Assembly: GCA_004431415.1 (NCBI GenBank)
Contig: QPMI01000428.1
Span: forward strand, 186,001-250,000
Reading direction: 5' to 3'
DNA: 64,000 bases
Source of the DNA: Cyanophora paradoxa CCMP329
Taxonomy: Eukaryota; Plantae; Glaucophyta
The notes under the pieces are model-generated. The model did no database searches, was not told the DNA's origin, and was given only the letters and a program-made list of their open reading frames with translations. The stretch's first letter is position 1. Every line of letters starts with the position of its first letter. Below, piece after piece: positions 62,601 through 64,000 of the stretch. Made by a program: the position numbers and the translations under genes.

Positions 62601-63103
62601 TCCCCGTTACACCATTCTACAGGGCGTACATATCATTCTACAAGCTGGACAGTCACATGACAGATATGGACAAAAAGCTGAAGGCCGAAGTATGTTTCAG
62701 TGACATTTTCGTGCGTTCTAGCTCTGTTCTGCGGCAATTCGGCGAAATATACTAACATAAGCCGCAGAATATTTACGTGTTCACCGCGGCCTGTTTCGTT
62801 ATTAAGGTCGTCGGGCTAGCGTTCCAGGCACAGGGCGTCGCGCAGGACGCTACAGTGTGCCTTTCGCTCACTGAAGGAACCAAGTGCAGCACCGAAGACT
62901 CCATTTCCACGTTAACAATCATCTCTGCCGTCGCTGATGGATTCTTTTTGATCCTGGGGATCATACGCCACTGTTTCTCGACGAGTATCAAGGAAACCCT
63001 GAAATCTAAGAAAGCTGCAATCGAAAACGATGCCGAAATCGATGAGGCGTGCTGCGCGGACTTTGGCTTTCAGGTCGCTGAGTGTGCGGGCTCCGCCATG
63101 TAG
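59623..63103 (+). CDS. Hypothetical membrane protein: Cys-rich ectodomain, one TM, Pro-rich loop, then about 4 further TM segments; start uncertain
   Basis: Long exon ~60255-61090 with many Cys; TM ALAGGIGGGAALLLVIGIYIW; spliced continuation via LCCGCCAC, FITAVGVLLDALSVG, YVILFIPIYPSILVIVFFILGVVTC, VFTAACFVIKVVGL, TLTIISAVADGFFLILGII to TAG at 63103. Confidence 0.65.
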
Positions 63104-64000
63104 AATGTTTCAGCTCAGGAAATTCCTTGCATGCAGTCTCTAGATCGGATATACAATTTTTAGCAATAGTTCACTGCAGAGCCAGTTGTGTTCAAGGTCG
63201 GCGGACTTGTTCTCCGCTAGCCTTTAGCGCTAGCGCTAGCCGTGCGATTGTTCATCTTGTCAGTGTTCATCTTGTGATTGTCAAGGGCGGAGCGGTGGCG
63301 CTCCTTGCAATGCTACTCGTTATACTCTTCGTCGTTGTTTGTCTTGTTCGAATAGATTCTACCACACGATCGCGAACAGCGAGTGCATCCAGGATCCGGA
63401 TTCACGCGTACGTGCACGGGCGCAGCGGCAAGTTGCAATTGGCAGCGTGCACGTCAACAGCATGCAAGTAGATATATATAGGGGCAGGGAACCTTGATTT
63501 GAACGTCAAGAACCATGATAATTATAACGCGTGAGATCGCTCGCGAATGCGGAGAAGAGCGATTAGCTATGAAATTGCAATTCCAGTGCCGCTAGTACTA
63601 GCGCTGTACATGTTTGTCGGCGAACACGATGCCTGGCGGGCGATACGGGGCGGGCTTTCTTGGCGACGTTGCCAGCGGTGCGCCATCGGAGCTCGGGATC
63701 GCGACCGGGGGCGTCGACGTTGACGCAGCTGAAGGCGGCGGTTCGGAGCTCGCGATCGGGGACGCTTGCGCAGTTGCAGGCGGTGGCGCGTGCGGCGGCT
63801 GCGGGAAGGATTAGATTAGATTATAAAAGGAAGGCTCTGCGTATATATGATTACTAGTACTAGTACTAGTACTGCAGTCGGGCCATCGATATCGCAGACA
63901 CGGACCACCGCAGTCGGTGGCAGCGTCGACGTCGCAGGCGGCCGCAACGACGACGACAACGACGTCGACGGCGCGCCGACGGCACCTCCTTCGAATTTAA

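Noticed and set aside
1-64000. tRNA, rRNA or snRNA genes
   Set aside because: None recognised by eye; a covariance-model scan would be needed to exclude them.

Overview
Eukaryotic, GC-rich, very intron-dense nuclear DNA. Introns are mostly 45-150 nt, C-rich on the sense strand, and many have GC donors; the style resembles an algal or protist genome such as a glaucophyte (inference only). The unspliced ORF track is mostly misleading, so genes were rebuilt by hand across introns and some boundaries are approximate. Genes: 3' part of a GPS-domain single-pass protein, DRG2, RMND1/RMD1, L2HGDH, a coiled-coil protein, an LRR protein, an IRAK/RLK-Pelle-like kinase, a GT77-like glycosyltransferase, SEN54 plus a truncated duplicate, a GPI-anchored subtilisin, two more GPI-type surface proteins and a Cys-rich multi-pass membrane protein. 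Mobile DNA: an apparently full-length 7.8-kb L1/Tx1-type LINE with a 15-bp TSD inside a TA-flanked MITE, three 5'-truncated copies of that LINE family, a separate polyA/TSD retroposed segment and further MITE remnants. The most unusual signal is a recurring mutation pattern in which a trinucleotide X appears as X-revcomp(X)-X (a 6-bp insertion). It is visible directly by aligning duplicated sequences in this window and fills non-coding DNA with tandem palindromic hexamers.
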